DNA of 64,000 nucleotides from Heterodontus francisci (lineage: Eukaryota), in assembly GCF_036365525.1 (NCBI RefSeq), contig NC_090383.1, positions 86,107,123 through 86,171,122 of the forward strand, in the 5' to 3' direction. The translations under genes were made by a program, and so were the position numbers. The notes below the pieces were generated by a model that saw nothing but the letters and a program-made list of their open reading frames with translations, was not told the origin of the DNA and ran no database searches. Shown here in pieces: positions 25,961-37,798 of this stretch; positions within the stretch are counted from its first letter, which is position 1, and each line of letters opens with the position of its first letter.

Positions 25961-25997
25961 AGTTAATGTTTCGGGTCAGTGACCCTTCATCGGAACT
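25961..25997 (-). ncRNA. Minimal hammerhead motif, mirror copy
   Basis: Minus strand AGTT-CCGATGA-A-GGGTC act GACCC-GAAA-CATT-AACT. Stem II is perfect; the core has C in place of U4. Confidence 0.6.
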
Positions 25998-26998
25998 GAC
26001 AAATATTAGAAAAATCACAGGTTATAAGCAAGTGAGGTGGGGGTGGGGCAAGAGATAACAAAGGAGGTCTAGATTGGACCAGGCCACATAGCTGACCAAA
26101 AGGTCACGGAGCAAAGGCAAACAATATGTTAATGGTGTGTTGAAAGACAAAGCATTAGTACAGATTAGGTGTAAATACACTGAATATTGAACAGCAGCAA
26201 GTGCAAACCTGAAAAAAAAGTGGGTAAGCAAACTGAACAAAGATGAAATGAAATAAATGCAAAAAAAAGATTGTTAAAAAAGAATGTTAAAAAAAAAGAA
26301 AAAAATAACTAAAAATGAAAGTAAAATGGGGGGCTGTTATGCTCTGAAATTATTGAACTCAATGTTCAGTCCGGCAGGCTGTAGTGTGCCTAATCGGTAA
26401 ATGAGATGCTGTTCCTCGAGCTTGCGGAACATCTCCGCTCAGTCCGCAAGCAGGACCCTGAGCTTCCAGTTGCTTGCCATTTCAACACTCCCCCCTGCTC
26501 ACATTTCTGTCCTGGGACTGCTGCAGTGTTCCAGTGAATATCAACGCAAGCTCGAGGAACAGCATCTCATTTACCGATTAGGCACACTACAGCCTGCCGG
26601 ACTGAACATTAAGTTCAATAATTTCAGAGCATGACAGCCCCCCATTTTACTTTCATTTTTAGTAATTTTTATTTCTTCCTTTTTTTTTAAACATTCTTTT
26701 TTACATTTTTTTACAATCTTTTTTTTTGCATTTATTTCATTTCATCTTTGTTTGTTCAGTTTGCTTACCCACTGATATTTTTTTAAGTTTTGCACTTGCT
26801 GCTGTTCAATATTCAGTGTATTTACACCTAATCTGTACTAATGCTTTGTCTTTCAACACACCATTAACATATTGTTTGCCTTTGCTCCGTGACCTTTTGG
26901 TCGGCTATGTGGCCTGGTCCAATCTAGACCTCCTTTGTTATCTCTTGCCCCACCCCCACCTCACTTGCTTATAACCTGTGACTTTTCTAATATTTGTC

Positions 26999-27035
26999 AG
27001 TTCTGATGAAGGGTCACTGATCTGAAACATTAACT
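26999..27035 (+). ncRNA. Minimal type I hammerhead ribozyme motif (Penelope-associated, probably decayed)
   Basis: AGTT-CTGATGA-A-GGGTC act GATCT-GAAA-CATT-AACT: core boxes, stem II, and stem I AGTT/AACT. Confidence 0.65.
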
Positions 27036-29146
27036 CTGCTTCTCTTTCCACAGATGCTGCTAGACCTGCTGAGTGATTCCAGCATTTCTAGTTTTTATTT
27101 CAGGATGTTAATGCTTACACCTGGAGGAATTGGCCCTTTCAAGGTTAATGTCTCAGGATGGCTTTGAATGTCCTTCTAATGAAGGCAATCTCCTTTCGTT
27201 CACTCAATAGAGCAAGCCACTGTTCTGGGTACAGGCTCATCAGACCTGTCTCTCTTGTTGGGGGCTTTGGAATGTGCAAGGTTTTCAAATGCAAATTGTG
27301 GTGGCCATCTCGGCTGCAGCTTTTTTAAAAAGTTGACTGTAGAATTCCAGCTCTTTCTGTTTCATTAAAAGCTTAATGTAGGTTTCCAATCAATGAATTA
27401 AAAAATCCTTCTTCGGCATTTCTTGCCACCAACTATTAAAAAGCAATCTGGATGGGAAATAAATGGGTACTCCCTCAAATTCAAGTCAACTGGATAAAGT
27501 AAATGGATAAAATCCTAAGTTTTATTTAATCGACTGTCATAATGAATAGTTTTTAATTAGAAATGATAGATGTGCGTAATTTTCTTTATCTTTTCTTCTT
27601 CCCAAGTAAGGCCCCATTCAATCAACCTGCAACATCTTTGCAGACAGCCGATGTCACTCTTCAAGGTGATAAGTTCAAATTGAGAAACGCTATCAGTACC
27701 TTTTTTCCCCTTTCTAGGACGCCTAAACAAATTTAGCAAACAGCTGCTGAGGAAGCCAAAGTGTGAAAAGTCAAGTATGAAAAATGTATTCTCGCATCTA
27801 TTGCTCAAGAGACTCTCAGCAATGCATTGTTACAGATTGTATGAGTTCAGAAATAGATCGAAACCAAGACTACGCAGTAGAATGAGTTTGAAAGACAGTA
27901 AAAAGCACAGTTTCTGCTTAAAGAGATTTTAAACTTTCCTACACATTAGCTAATACTTTAGAATAATATCTGAATTGCTGTTGAATGTAAAAAGGTTCTA
28001 TGTTAACCCACATGATGAATTTACTCCTCTTTTAGTCCTGGGTCACTAACAAATTAACTCATCCATCCACATCCTCTTTGAGTTTGATGTGAGAAAACAG
28101 ATCAAAGATTGTCAGGCACATCAAGGGGATGTTTACCATTTGACTGGCTGAAAAAAACTGCATTTTGGAGCTGACTTAAGTTAGATACCTATTTCAAAGT
28201 GGAATCAGCCAGAAAGGCAGAAAAGAAAATGAAGGACAAAATTTAGATAGGTGAAAACGAGACAATATAATTAAGGAAAATGGTCATAATGGCTTTTACA
28301 TCATACAGTTTAAGTGTTTAGCTATCGTAATGTAGGATTATTGTACTGATAATACTGGCTGTGGAGGAGCTTTATAGGGTGAAATTAATGTTCCCCACCC
28401 AACCAAAATTTCAGTGCAGTAGGTGAAAACTCACAAAACTGATAGTCAGACAGCTTCCCTGAAGTTGCCAACAGTCTAAACTGGAATGGGGTAGAAATTC
28501 ATTCACACTGGTAAGGCAAAGTTTACTGGGCATGGGTAACATGGGGCCATGTACAAAAACAGGTAGTCCTGATCGATATTGGGTCTTATTTTACTAACTC
28601 TGATGAGAAATGAAAAATAGTCTGAGATGAATTTCAGGCCACTACGATGTCACTAAAAGTTTTCAGCTAGGGCTGGAGGAAGGCGATCGGAATACAGCTG
28701 AGCAAAGGTTGCCAGCAGCCCAACCATTGCTCCTTCTCTTGGCTCTACATGAAACCAATTTCATTGTTAAATTTAATAGGCTTTGATGGCTTCCTTTTAA
28801 GTACCATGGTTAGACTGCTGCAGAACTGGAAATATTAGTCAGAGCTTGCATGGTGCAAGTGGTGCCCAATATTTGGCTGCTTATTAGGCTATTGGCAGAA
28901 ACGCCTCTAGAACACCAACATAGTGTTGGACGTGCTTTTGCTGCCTTTTAGGCAGAGATTGACCTCCTACACTGGTTCTGTGCCTTGTTTTCTTTCTGCA
29001 AGACAGATACAATGCAGTTCAATTTCAACCCTTGTACATTTGAGTCTGCAAGGGATGATTTCAGATTTAAGTAACTATTAACCCTATATAAAAATCAAAA
29101 GCAAGCGGATTAAAGATGGTCAAAAACACCAAATGACAGAAGGCTT

Positions 29147-29428
29147 TTTAATTTCATCCATTACTGTTATGCATTCTAAAATTAGTTTAAATTCTTTCAG
29201 AACTATATTTCAACAGTATAACTAACATTTGCCAATAGGAACTCGAACATTAAGAACAAAATGTTGACAGTTACATTGAATGTAACATCTCATATGGAAG
29301 ATTCTTCACAACAGGACATGAACATGCAAACATGTACAAGTTGAGCCTCAACACATACTAATTACTGTTCTACAAATAAATAGGACCAAAAATTAAATAA
29401 GTTGACTTCCTTTCTATCCAGATTTATT
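29147..29428 (-). terminator. Candidate TBCC polyadenylation signals
   Basis: AATAAA (minus) at 29423-29428, just after the stop codon, and ATTAAA at 29147-29152. Confidence 0.35.
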
Positions 29429-29460
29429 TTGCTTATATTCAAGTATAGGTGGAGCTGCAA

Positions 29461-30549
29461 TTAAGTCACGACATCCTGGGATTGCTCAGTAAACACTGAC
29501 TTAAGGCACATAGGAATTTCGTCCCAATCAGTTATTCGAGATTCTTCAGCCAAAATACTCCAGTTAGGGGAATGATCAGACGCGAGCCAGTTGAAATCAT
29601 CAATAATGTTCCAGTTGTTTTTCGCTCTGTCTAAACCTGCCAGCTCAAAATCCTTCTCAATACCTTCGTACTTCCAGTTAAATGGAGCAAAGGAAACTCC
29701 AGTACAATCTTCTACGATGGCTCTGCTGGTCACATGCAAATACACATTTGCATCCCTAGTATTATGGGTTCGCAGTTGCTGACAGGCGACGGCAAAAGTG
29801 CAGCCGACGGACTGGTCAATAAACACTGAGGTAGAGACAGGTCCACACAACACCTTGGAATTGGCGACATTCTTGACATGCAGTGTATTGGGTGAGCCCA
29901 GCAACTTCACCACGCAGTTGGACAACCTGGTCAACAACACGTCTTTCCCAGTGATCTCGTCCGCCCGCAGGACCAGCATCTGAGAGTCAGCGTCCGAAAA
30001 GCCGCAGAGGTTTTCCTCGATCACTATGGGGTCGTTCGGTTTCTTATCGGACGGGGAATCGGCGGGTTTGGTTTCTTTGGGGCCGGCGCCTTCCTTTTTG
30101 CGGGATTTGAAAGCGAATTTCTTTTTGGGTAGACAGCCCTCCCTCTTCTCCACCACCGCTCCCTGTAACTTCTGCACGGCGTCCTGGGCCTGGCGTAGCT
30201 CGTAGGCAGACAAGAACATCATGCTGTCGTTCACGAACTTCTGCAGCTGCTGCATCTTCAGCGCGATCTCCTCGAAGCGGACGGTCAGCGCGTTTCTGTC
30301 GGTGCCTTCGCAGCTTTCCAGCAGCGCCTCGATCTCCGCCTTCTCTTCCGAAAAAGCCGTGGTGAAGAAGTTGGCCTTCTCTTCCTTCACACTGGTCACA
30401 TCTTTCGCTAGTTTCCTCCTCTCTACCCCCTGCTGCCGCTCCTGGTCTCTGCGCTGCAGGATCTCCACCATCTTCTCTTTCCGACGGTCATATTCTGGGA
30501 TTTCTTCCGTTAAATTCTCCCCATTCTCACTCTCCCCCACCAGCGCCAT
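29461..30549 (-). CDS. TBCC: Tubulin-specific chaperone C (single coding exon, 362 aa)
   Basis: Intact ORF with an N-terminal helical domain, PKKKFAFKSR, and C-CAP/cofactor-C motifs CGPVSTSVF, ACQQLRTH, LHVTSRAIVEDC, FAPFNW, NNWNIIDDFNWL. Adjacent to PRPH2, as in human. Confidence 0.97.
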   Translation of the reverse strand: MALVGESENGENLTEEIPEYDRRKEKMVEILQRRDQERQQGVERRKLAKDVTSVKEEKANFFTTAFSEEKAEIEALLESCEGTDRNALTVRFEEIALKMQQLQKFVNDSMMFLSAYELRQAQDAVQKLQGAVVEKREGCLPKKKFAFKSRKKEGAGPKETKPADSPSDKKPNDPIVIEENLCGFSDADSQMLVLRADEITGKDVLLTRLSNCVVKLLGSPNTLHVKNVANSKVLCGPVSTSVFIDQSVGCTFAVACQQLRTHNTRDANVYLHVTSRAIVEDCTGVSFAPFNWKYEGIEKDFELAGLDRAKNNWNIIDDFNWLASDHSPNWSILAEESRITDWDEIPMCLKSVFTEQSQDVVT

Positions 30550-30645
30550 CTTGAACCGTTGCTAACGGATTATTCAGTAACGAGCCACTTTATTGGTCCC
30601 ATCTCAGGCTGGTGCACCCTTGTATCAGACATTCTGATTGGGTAA
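30542..30645 (-). promoter_or_regulatory. TBCC core promoter: TISU/YY1-like start context, palindrome, two CCAAT boxes
   Basis: Minus strand CAAGATGGCGCT spans the ATG (30553-30542). Inverted repeat CCGTT-GCT-AACGG at about 30556-30568. ATTGG at 30592-30596 and 30637-30641. Confidence 0.6.
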
Positions 30646-30696
30646 TATCTTAATTCAGAGGGTGATGGATGTGGTTCTACAGATCAGATGATGCCA

Positions 30697-31083
30697 TTTT
30701 TTTTTCATTCTTACACAGGATGTGGGCGTCTTTGGCAAGGGAAGCATTTGTTGCCCATTCCTAATTGCCTTTGACAACTGAGTGACTTGCTAGGTCATTT
30801 CAAAGGGCAGTTAAGAGTCAACCACATTGCTGTGGGTCTGGACTTACATGTAGGTCAGACCAGGTAAGGACGGCAGATTTCCTTCCCTAAAGGACATTAA
30901 TTCTTTTTTAACGACAATCAATGATAGTTTCATGACACCACTACTAAGACTAACTTGCAATTCCAGCAGTTAATTGAATTTAAATTCCACCAGCTGGTGG
31001 TGGGATTTGAACCCATGTCCTCAGGGCATTAGTGGGCCTCTGGATTACTAGTTCAGTGACATTACCATTATGGCACCGCCTCC
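30697..31083 (-). mobile_element. tRNA-derived SINE, family 2
   Basis: Reverse complement of the same core and tail. Confidence 0.75.
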
Positions 31084-31379
31084 TCATCTGACCAAAAGGG
31101 ACATTTTATAAGCCTATGATTTGACCTGTAGGGGTGCCACCAAAATGGAACATAAAATAGATGTAATAAGTGCCTTTGGGAACCACCAGTTCAATAACCA
31201 ATCTGTTTAATGGTCATTGGAGCAAGGGAATACAAATAACAATTAAATTATATCATGTGTCCAAAATACAATCCATACCCTGTGGTGCCCACCGGTCATG
31301 GAACCAAGCATGTTTACAACAGGCAGTGGGTGTGCTCATTTCAGTGTTTTATTTACAATACAGTGATGCTATAATTTCA

Positions 31380-31785
31380 ATAGAGTCATGGAATGATATA
31401 ACACAGAAGGAGGCCACTCAGCCCATCGTACAATGAAAGAGCAATCTAATTAGTCTCACCAACCCCCCGCTCTTTCCCCATTACACTACAATTTTTCCAC
31501 TTCAAATACTTATCTAATTCCTTTTTGAAAGTTATTATTGAATCTGCTTCTACCACCCTTTCAGATAATGCATTCCAGACCTTTACATCTCGCTGCATAA
31601 AAAAGTTGTTTTTCTCATGTCACCCTCATATCCTGTCATGGTTGCTTTGCCAATTACCTTAAATCTGCATCCTCTAGTTACTGACCCTTCTGCCACTGGA
31701 AACAGTTTCTCTTTATTTATTCTGTTAAAACCATACATGATTTTGAGCAGCACTATCAAATCTCCCCTTACCCTTCTCTGCTATA
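31380..31785 (-). mobile_element. Decayed CR1-like 3' fragment
   Basis: cacagaaggaggccactcagccc tail. Confidence 0.6.
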
Positions 31786-32502
31786 TTTATGAGAATTTAA
31801 AATTGAGGCATTGCTTGACTGGGAGTCAGTGTAGGTCAGCAAGCACAAGAGTGATGGGTGAATGGGACTTAGTGCTAGTTGGGACACGGGCAGCAGAGTT
31901 TTGGATGACCTCAAGTTAATGGAGGGTAGAATGTGGGAGGCTGGCCAGGTGTGTGTTGGAATAGTCAAGACTAGAGGTAAAAAAAAGGCATGGATGAGGG
32001 TTTTAGCAGATGCGCTGAGGCAGGGGCGGAGCCGGGCGATGTTATGGAGGCTGAAATAGGTGGTCAACTCAGCTTGGGGTCAGATAGGACATCGGGATTG
32101 CCAACAGTTCAGCCTCACAGAGTTGCCAGAGATGGAGTTGGTAGCTAAGGAATGGGGTTTATGGCAGGGATCAAAGACAATGGCTTCAGTCTTCCCAAGG
32201 TTTAGTTGGAGGAAATTGCTGCTGATCCAGTACTTACAAGCAGTGATAATTTGGCGACAGTGGAGGAGTCATGAGAGGTGGTGGAGAGATAGAGCTGAGT
32301 GTCATCCATATACATGTGAAAACTAACACTGTGTTTTTGGATAATGCCACCAAAGAGCAGCAAGTAGATAAGAAAAAGGAGGGGGCTAAGGTTAGATCCT
32401 TGGGAGACACCAGAGGTAACAGTGCAGGAGCAAGAGAAGCCATTACAAATGATACTCTGGTTATGATTAGACAGATAAGAATGGAACCAGGCGAGTGCAG
32501 TC
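31786..32502 (-). mobile_element. L2-like LINE remnant
   Basis: ALAWFHSYLS...GVSQGSNLSPLLFLIY...FHMYMDDTQLY and YFSLHNIARLRPCL. Confidence 0.8.
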
Positions 32503-33339
32503 AAAATGACAAAACTATGATAGACTTTAGGTGAAGTGACCAGAAGAACAGTTGAGGTAAGGTTTGAGGAGGCTTTTCAAGGAGGCTAGAGAGGTAGTAA
32601 GGTAAGCAGCATTCCAGAGCACAGGCGCAAGGTGCCTGAAGGCTCTACTGCTGATGGTGGGATTGAGGAGGTAACACACAGTATACCAGAGTTAGAAGAA
32701 AGGAAGGTATGTGCTGGAACATAGGGATGTAGCACATTGCAGAGGTGAGACTATGATTAAATTTGAAAATACAAGTGAGGAACAGGAATCTAATGCAGTT
32801 AAGCCAGAGCAAGATGATGGCTATGTTAATTTCATGTGAGATGCCTCCATCACGCTCTTCTTTGAGCCTCTGCAGGTCTGTGCTGCCTTGTTTGCTTCTG
32901 CTATTGCTTCCCCTGGTGTGGCAGCCTCAATGGAAATCCCAGCAACATTCTCATCTTTCCCAGTACTCCTGAAGCCACTTAAGTGGCAGAATATAGAGGC
33001 ATCCAAGAATCAACACTCCAAAGCTACTTATTATTAAAGACTTTGCTAACCCAGCCAAGGTATGACTCCAAAGTCCAGAGCAGTCAATAATGACCACCCA
33101 GAGATTTACATTAACGGAGGTAGGGATTTCTTCTTCAGTCTGCTTCCTTAGAGTCTCTGTCATTTTTTTCTGTATGGGCTTAAAGTGATTGAATCAAATG
33201 CTCCCTGGCACCAATTTCTTAAAGGGATCCTAATACAAGTACAGACCCCTATTTAATTAGTTTAATGATCTCAGCGTTCATTGCAGGTGGCCACCAGGTA
33301 ATGCCTAACAAGTGTCTCATCCAATATGTAGTGGTTATA

Positions 33340-33688
33340 GGGGCGGCGCAGTGGTTAGCACCGCAGCCTCACAGCTCCAGCGACCCGGGTTCGATTCCGG
33401 GTACTGCCTGTGTGGAGTTTGCAAGTTCTCCCTGTGTCTGCGTGGGTTTTCTCCGGGTGCTCCGGTTTCCTCCCACAAGCCAAAAAGACTTGCAGGTTGA
33501 TAGGTAAATTGGCCATTATAAATTGTCACTTGTATAGGTAGGTGGTAGGGAAATATAGGGACAGGTGGGGATGTTTGGTAGGAATATGGGATTAGTGTAG
33601 GATTAGTATAAATGGGTGGTTGATGTTCGGCACAGACTCGGTGGGCCGAAGGGCCTGTTTCAGTGCTGTATATCTAATCTAATCTAAT
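33340..33688 (+). mobile_element. HE1-like V-SINE
   Basis: Same family, (CTAAT)n tail. Confidence 0.85.
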
Positions 33689-33696
33689 TACTGAAT

Positions 33697-34012
33697 TAAT
33701 AATAGAGAATGTGAGTTCAAATCCCACGATAGCAGTTTGAGAGTTTGAATTCAGTTTTAAAAATCTACAAATTAAAAGTTGAATCAATAAAAGTGACCAT
33801 GATACTATTAGATTATCAATCAATATTGTTCACTATTGTACTTTAGGGAAGGAAATCTTCTGTCTTTGCCTGGTCTGGCCATTTTGTGACTCCAGCCCCA
33901 CCCTACTGTGGTTCACTCTTAACTGGCCTAGCAAATCACCCAGTTCAGAGCAGCTCGGGATGGGTAATAAATGCTAGCCATGGCAACCATACCCACATCC
34001 CAAGAATGAATG
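33697..34012 (+). mobile_element. tRNA-derived SINE, family 2 (decayed)
   Basis: ctttagggaaggaaatct...tggtctggcc...gtgactccag core. Confidence 0.6.
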
Positions 34013-34407
34013 GAATAAGTATTGTGACAACTACACCTCATGTCCACTTGTGGTACGGGACATCCCACCACAAATTTTATATATGGATTGCTAATTTAGT
34101 GCCTGAAAATTAGACGAAACACAATTGCATTTCTACACCTAATGGTCTGGAAACAGACACTAGGATTGCAGAGCTATTATGTTTGATAATACTGACTGTA
34201 TGTCAGAGGCTAAATTAATAATAAAGTACCAAACATTAAAATTCTTTAATTCAAAATCTGTTTTATACTTAAAAAACTCAAAAATTTTTATGAACTGAGA
34301 AAACGTACAGAATAATCAAAAAGGTAGCATACTCATAATAGTTTAAGCCCATTGTTTAACGGTTAATGTCAAGTGGAACTATGCCTATAAAGTAATCACG
34401 TCATGGT

Positions 34408-34753
34408 TTAGATTAGATTAGAGATACAGCACTGAAACAGGCCCTTCGGCCCACCGAGTCTGTGCCGACCATCAACCACCCAGTTATACTAATCCTACAC
34501 TAATCCCATATTCCTACCAAACATCCCCACCTGACCCTTTGTTTCCCTACCACCTACCTATACTAGTGACAATTTATAAAGGCCAATTTACCTACCAACC
34601 TGCAAGTCTTTTGGCTTGTGGGAGGAAACCGGAGCACCCGGAGAAAACCCACGCAGACACAGGGAGAACTTGCAAACTTCACACAGGCAGTACCCAGAAT
34701 CGAACCCAGGTCCCTGGAGCTGTGAGGCTGCGGTGCTAACCACTGTGCCGCCC
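34408..34753 (-). mobile_element. HE1-like V-SINE
   Basis: Same family, (CTAAT)n tail. Confidence 0.85.
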
Positions 34754-35097
34754 TAGATATCCTTCAATATTTAATGCCCAAACCTGAAGAGCCACACGTA
34801 AGACAGAGATCGTATAAGTTGTGCCTTCTTAAGACTCATCAGCAAGGTTGGCACCAGTAGAATATTCCTGATAATTTGAAGTTTGTTTTGCATAAAAAAA
34901 TTATTATCCACTCATTTGAAAGCATATCAATGAAACTGGAGTAGAGGTTTGATGAAAATAAGTAATTTTTTAAAAATCAGATAATTCAAATAAGAAATGT
35001 TAAATTGAATAGATTGTAAAAAATGTTTTTTGGTATTTTTATCAGCTCCTCCTATATTCCAAAAGACTATAGATAACTATAGATAGACTATAGATAT

Positions 35098-35438
35098 GGG
35101 CGGCGCAGTGGTTAGCACCGCAGCCTCACAGCTCCAGCGACCCGGGTTCGATTCTGGGTACTGCCTGTGTGGAGTTTGCAAGTTCTCCCTGTGACTGCGT
35201 GGGTTTTCTCCGGGTGCTCCGGTTTCCTTCCACAGCCAAAGACTTGCAAAATGATAGGTAAATTGGCCATTATAAATTGACCCTAGTATAGGTAGGCGGT
35301 AGGGGAATTGAGGGAAGGTGGGGATGTGAGAGGGTAATGGGATTAATGTAGGATTAGTATAAATAGGTGGTTGATGGTCGGTACGAACTCGGTGGGCCGA
35401 AGGGCCTGTTTCAGTGCTGTATCTCTAAAATAAAAATA
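35098..35438 (+). mobile_element. HE1-like V-SINE
   Basis: Same family, (TAAAA)n tail. Confidence 0.85.
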
Positions 35439-36066
35439 ACATTTTACAATGTAACTGCATACAGGGATGTTATCTGGATGATCGGATTAGGACAGATAAT
35501 GCAGAACAACTATAAACTTAAAATTGTTTTTCAGCTATTCGATTACTATGGCATTCAAGTTTTCTTTCTAAGTTTTCTTTCATGCAACGCTTCTTCTGAG
35601 ATGAGATTTACTGCTGATTCTGAAGATCTCCAACATGTTGCAATAAAGCCAGTGCTATCTTGGAAGCATCTTCACGTGAAAATATGAGATCAGTCGTTCC
35701 TTGGGCGAATAAATTTAGAGGTAAAAGTTCACTTTGAATTTAAGTATAACTTGTCTTTCAAACAACTTGCTTTGGAATCAAAATACTTTGTGTAAGGGCT
35801 GTGTTTCTGTAGTTATAACAGCCAATCGTTATGATTCTACCAAAATGGTCATTCTGGTGGTAGGTGTCTCACCTTATGGACAGGGTGCTATAATTTAGCA
35901 TGTTTTTAAAGGGGCTGCAGAAAGACTAGTAGCATATGTATGTTGGCCATTGACCTCTGCGGAAAGAGATAGGAAAGACAGCATCAGCTATCATAATTGG
36001 TCAACGTAAGTATTACTAATATCTGTTGATATGCTCATGTAAAGTGCAGCGATTAAAAATACAAGA

Positions 36067-36250
36067 TGGCCATTAGCAATTGCCCCTAGTATAGGTAGGT
36101 GGTAGGGAAATATAGGGACAGGTGGGGATGTGGTAGGAATATGGAATTAGTGTAGGATTAGTATAAATGGGTGGTTGATGGTCGGCACAGACTCGGTGGG
36201 CCGAAGGGCCTGTTTCAGTGCTGTATCTCTAAACTAAACTAAACTAAACT
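36067..36250 (+). mobile_element. 5'-truncated HE1-like SINE inside an LTR
   Basis: 3' half only. It interrupts LTR sequence that is contiguous in the copy at about 39035-39050. Confidence 0.8.
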
Positions 36251-36994
36251 CAATGTGAAGAGTTAAATTGTCTTTTCTTTTTAAAAATGTGGACAATGTG
36301 CTTCAAAATGGCCACCAAAAGCCAAGATCTGACCTTGTACATTCAAACAGTTTTACTATCTAGAAAGGACGGAAGGATACATTCCAAAGCTAACAGGTGT
36401 CAATTACACCCATCATGAACCTATCAAGAGACATTTTTGAATTGAGTGGGTTCTTCTGAAACAAAGAAGATGTGAAGTAGCCACATCCTGGGCCATTGTT
36501 GGTCACCACATGGAGAAAGATCTATGTCTCCCAACAGAGGCAAGATGCGGGAGACCTTTAGCTTAAAATGTAGTTTTCTGGGGAGAGAGAGAGAGTGAGG
36601 AAGACCCAGGATAAAACATAATGAAAGCTTATCCAACTGAGAGCTGGGGGAAAAAATCCAGCAAGCCAAAAAGGTGATCTGCTGTGAATTCTACACTTTA
36701 ACTTGTGTAGCAGAGAACTGGAAGTGATCGCCTGTCTACAAACTGAAATTTCAACCAACAGAGAAATCTACAAACCAACACAGGCCTACAACTTAAGAGA
36801 AGTTGATCTCCGAGGTGGGAATCACTTTCAAGCAAAAATAAAGAAACCTGAACTGGTGAAGAGTCCAGCTAACTATTTTAAACTTACCCCGGAACCAGAA
36901 GAAAGCGTGGAAACTGAGTTGGAAAAGGTACCCCTAGCTAGAATACAGTTGCAGATGAAAAGAGAAGAAGGAAAAGGGGAAAGAAGGGGAAAGG

Positions 36995-37369
36995 GAAAGC
37001 AGTGGTGTAGTGGCAATGTCACTGGACTAGTAGTCCAGAGGTCCAGGCTAGTCCTCTGGGGACATGGGTTTCAGTCCCACCACAGCAGATGGTGAAATTT
37101 GAATTCAATTAATAAATCTGGAATTTAAAAAAAGCTAGTCTAACAGTGACCATGAAACCATTGTTGATTGTTGTAAAAACCCATCTGGTTCACTAATGTC
37201 CTTCAGGGAAGGAAATCTGCCATCCTTACCTGGTTTGGCCTACATGTGACTCCAGACCCACAGCAATGTGGTTGACTCTTAAATGACCTCTGAAATGGCC
37301 TAGTGAGCCACTCAGTTCAAGGGCAATTAGGGATGGGCAATAAACCACATCCCATGAACAAATAAAAAA
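36995..37369 (+). mobile_element. tRNA-derived SINE, family 2, nested in LTR-element interior
   Basis: Well-preserved head, core and tail. Confidence 0.8.
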
Positions 37370-37798
37370 CAATACAGTTGTAGTTGAGAGGAGATGCAGT
37401 TTCAGAAGGAAAAAGAGGAAAGAGAATTACAGTTGAAAATAGAGGGAACACAATTGCAGAGGAGAAGCGAGGAAGCAGTGAGAAAACTTACAGAGATCCC
37501 ATCCAAGGGCAGAACAAATACCACGGAATGGGTAAAAGGGCTTACTGGCAAATGCTTAAAGGTTCCTTTAGTTAAAGATGTAAGTTGGTCACCAGGGTAG
37601 TGACAGTCGGGGTCAATACGAGTTTACCAATGCAGAGGTTGACCTATGCTGGCAATGACTTAGCAAGAAGCAGAGTATTGTATCCAGAGTAGTCCATGGA
37701 GACTGGAGAAACTGAGGGGAACAAACAAAACTCTGCACAGCTGCACACGGCAGAGGAAGTCCCAAAAATCACATGGGACAATTGGGTCAGTAACGATT

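Larger units (their letters stand above)
25862..27103. mobile_element. Penelope-like retroelement: 5'-truncated copy plus inverted terminal copy (palindrome)
   Basis: Arms 25893-26426 and 26545-27103 are near-perfect reverse complements. The plus strand encodes a GIY-YIG-type C-terminus (AEHLRSVRKQDPELPVACHFN, frameshift, HISVLGLLQC...RKLEEQHLIYRLGTLQPAGLN, stop 26634). Flanking duplication (TTCAG)GATGTTAAT at 25848-25861 and 27099-27112. Confidence 0.85.
25110..27428 (-). mobile_element. Solo LTR hosting the Penelope palindrome
   Basis: Starts TGTTAC and is collinear with 54417-55664. Flanks ccaag / ccaac. Strand inferred from similarity to the 36-40 kb LTRs. Confidence 0.7.

Noticed and set aside
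28600-28622. CTGATGAG-AAAT-GAAA...GTC resembling a hammerhead core
   Set aside because: No credible stem I or stem II pairing; likely a chance match in an old repeat.
30221-30565. Plus-strand 114-aa ORF
   Set aside because: Antisense shadow of TBCC.
33340-33410. tRNA-like sequence with A/B boxes (also in the other copies)
   Set aside because: SINE heads continuing into the V-domain; not standalone tRNA genes.
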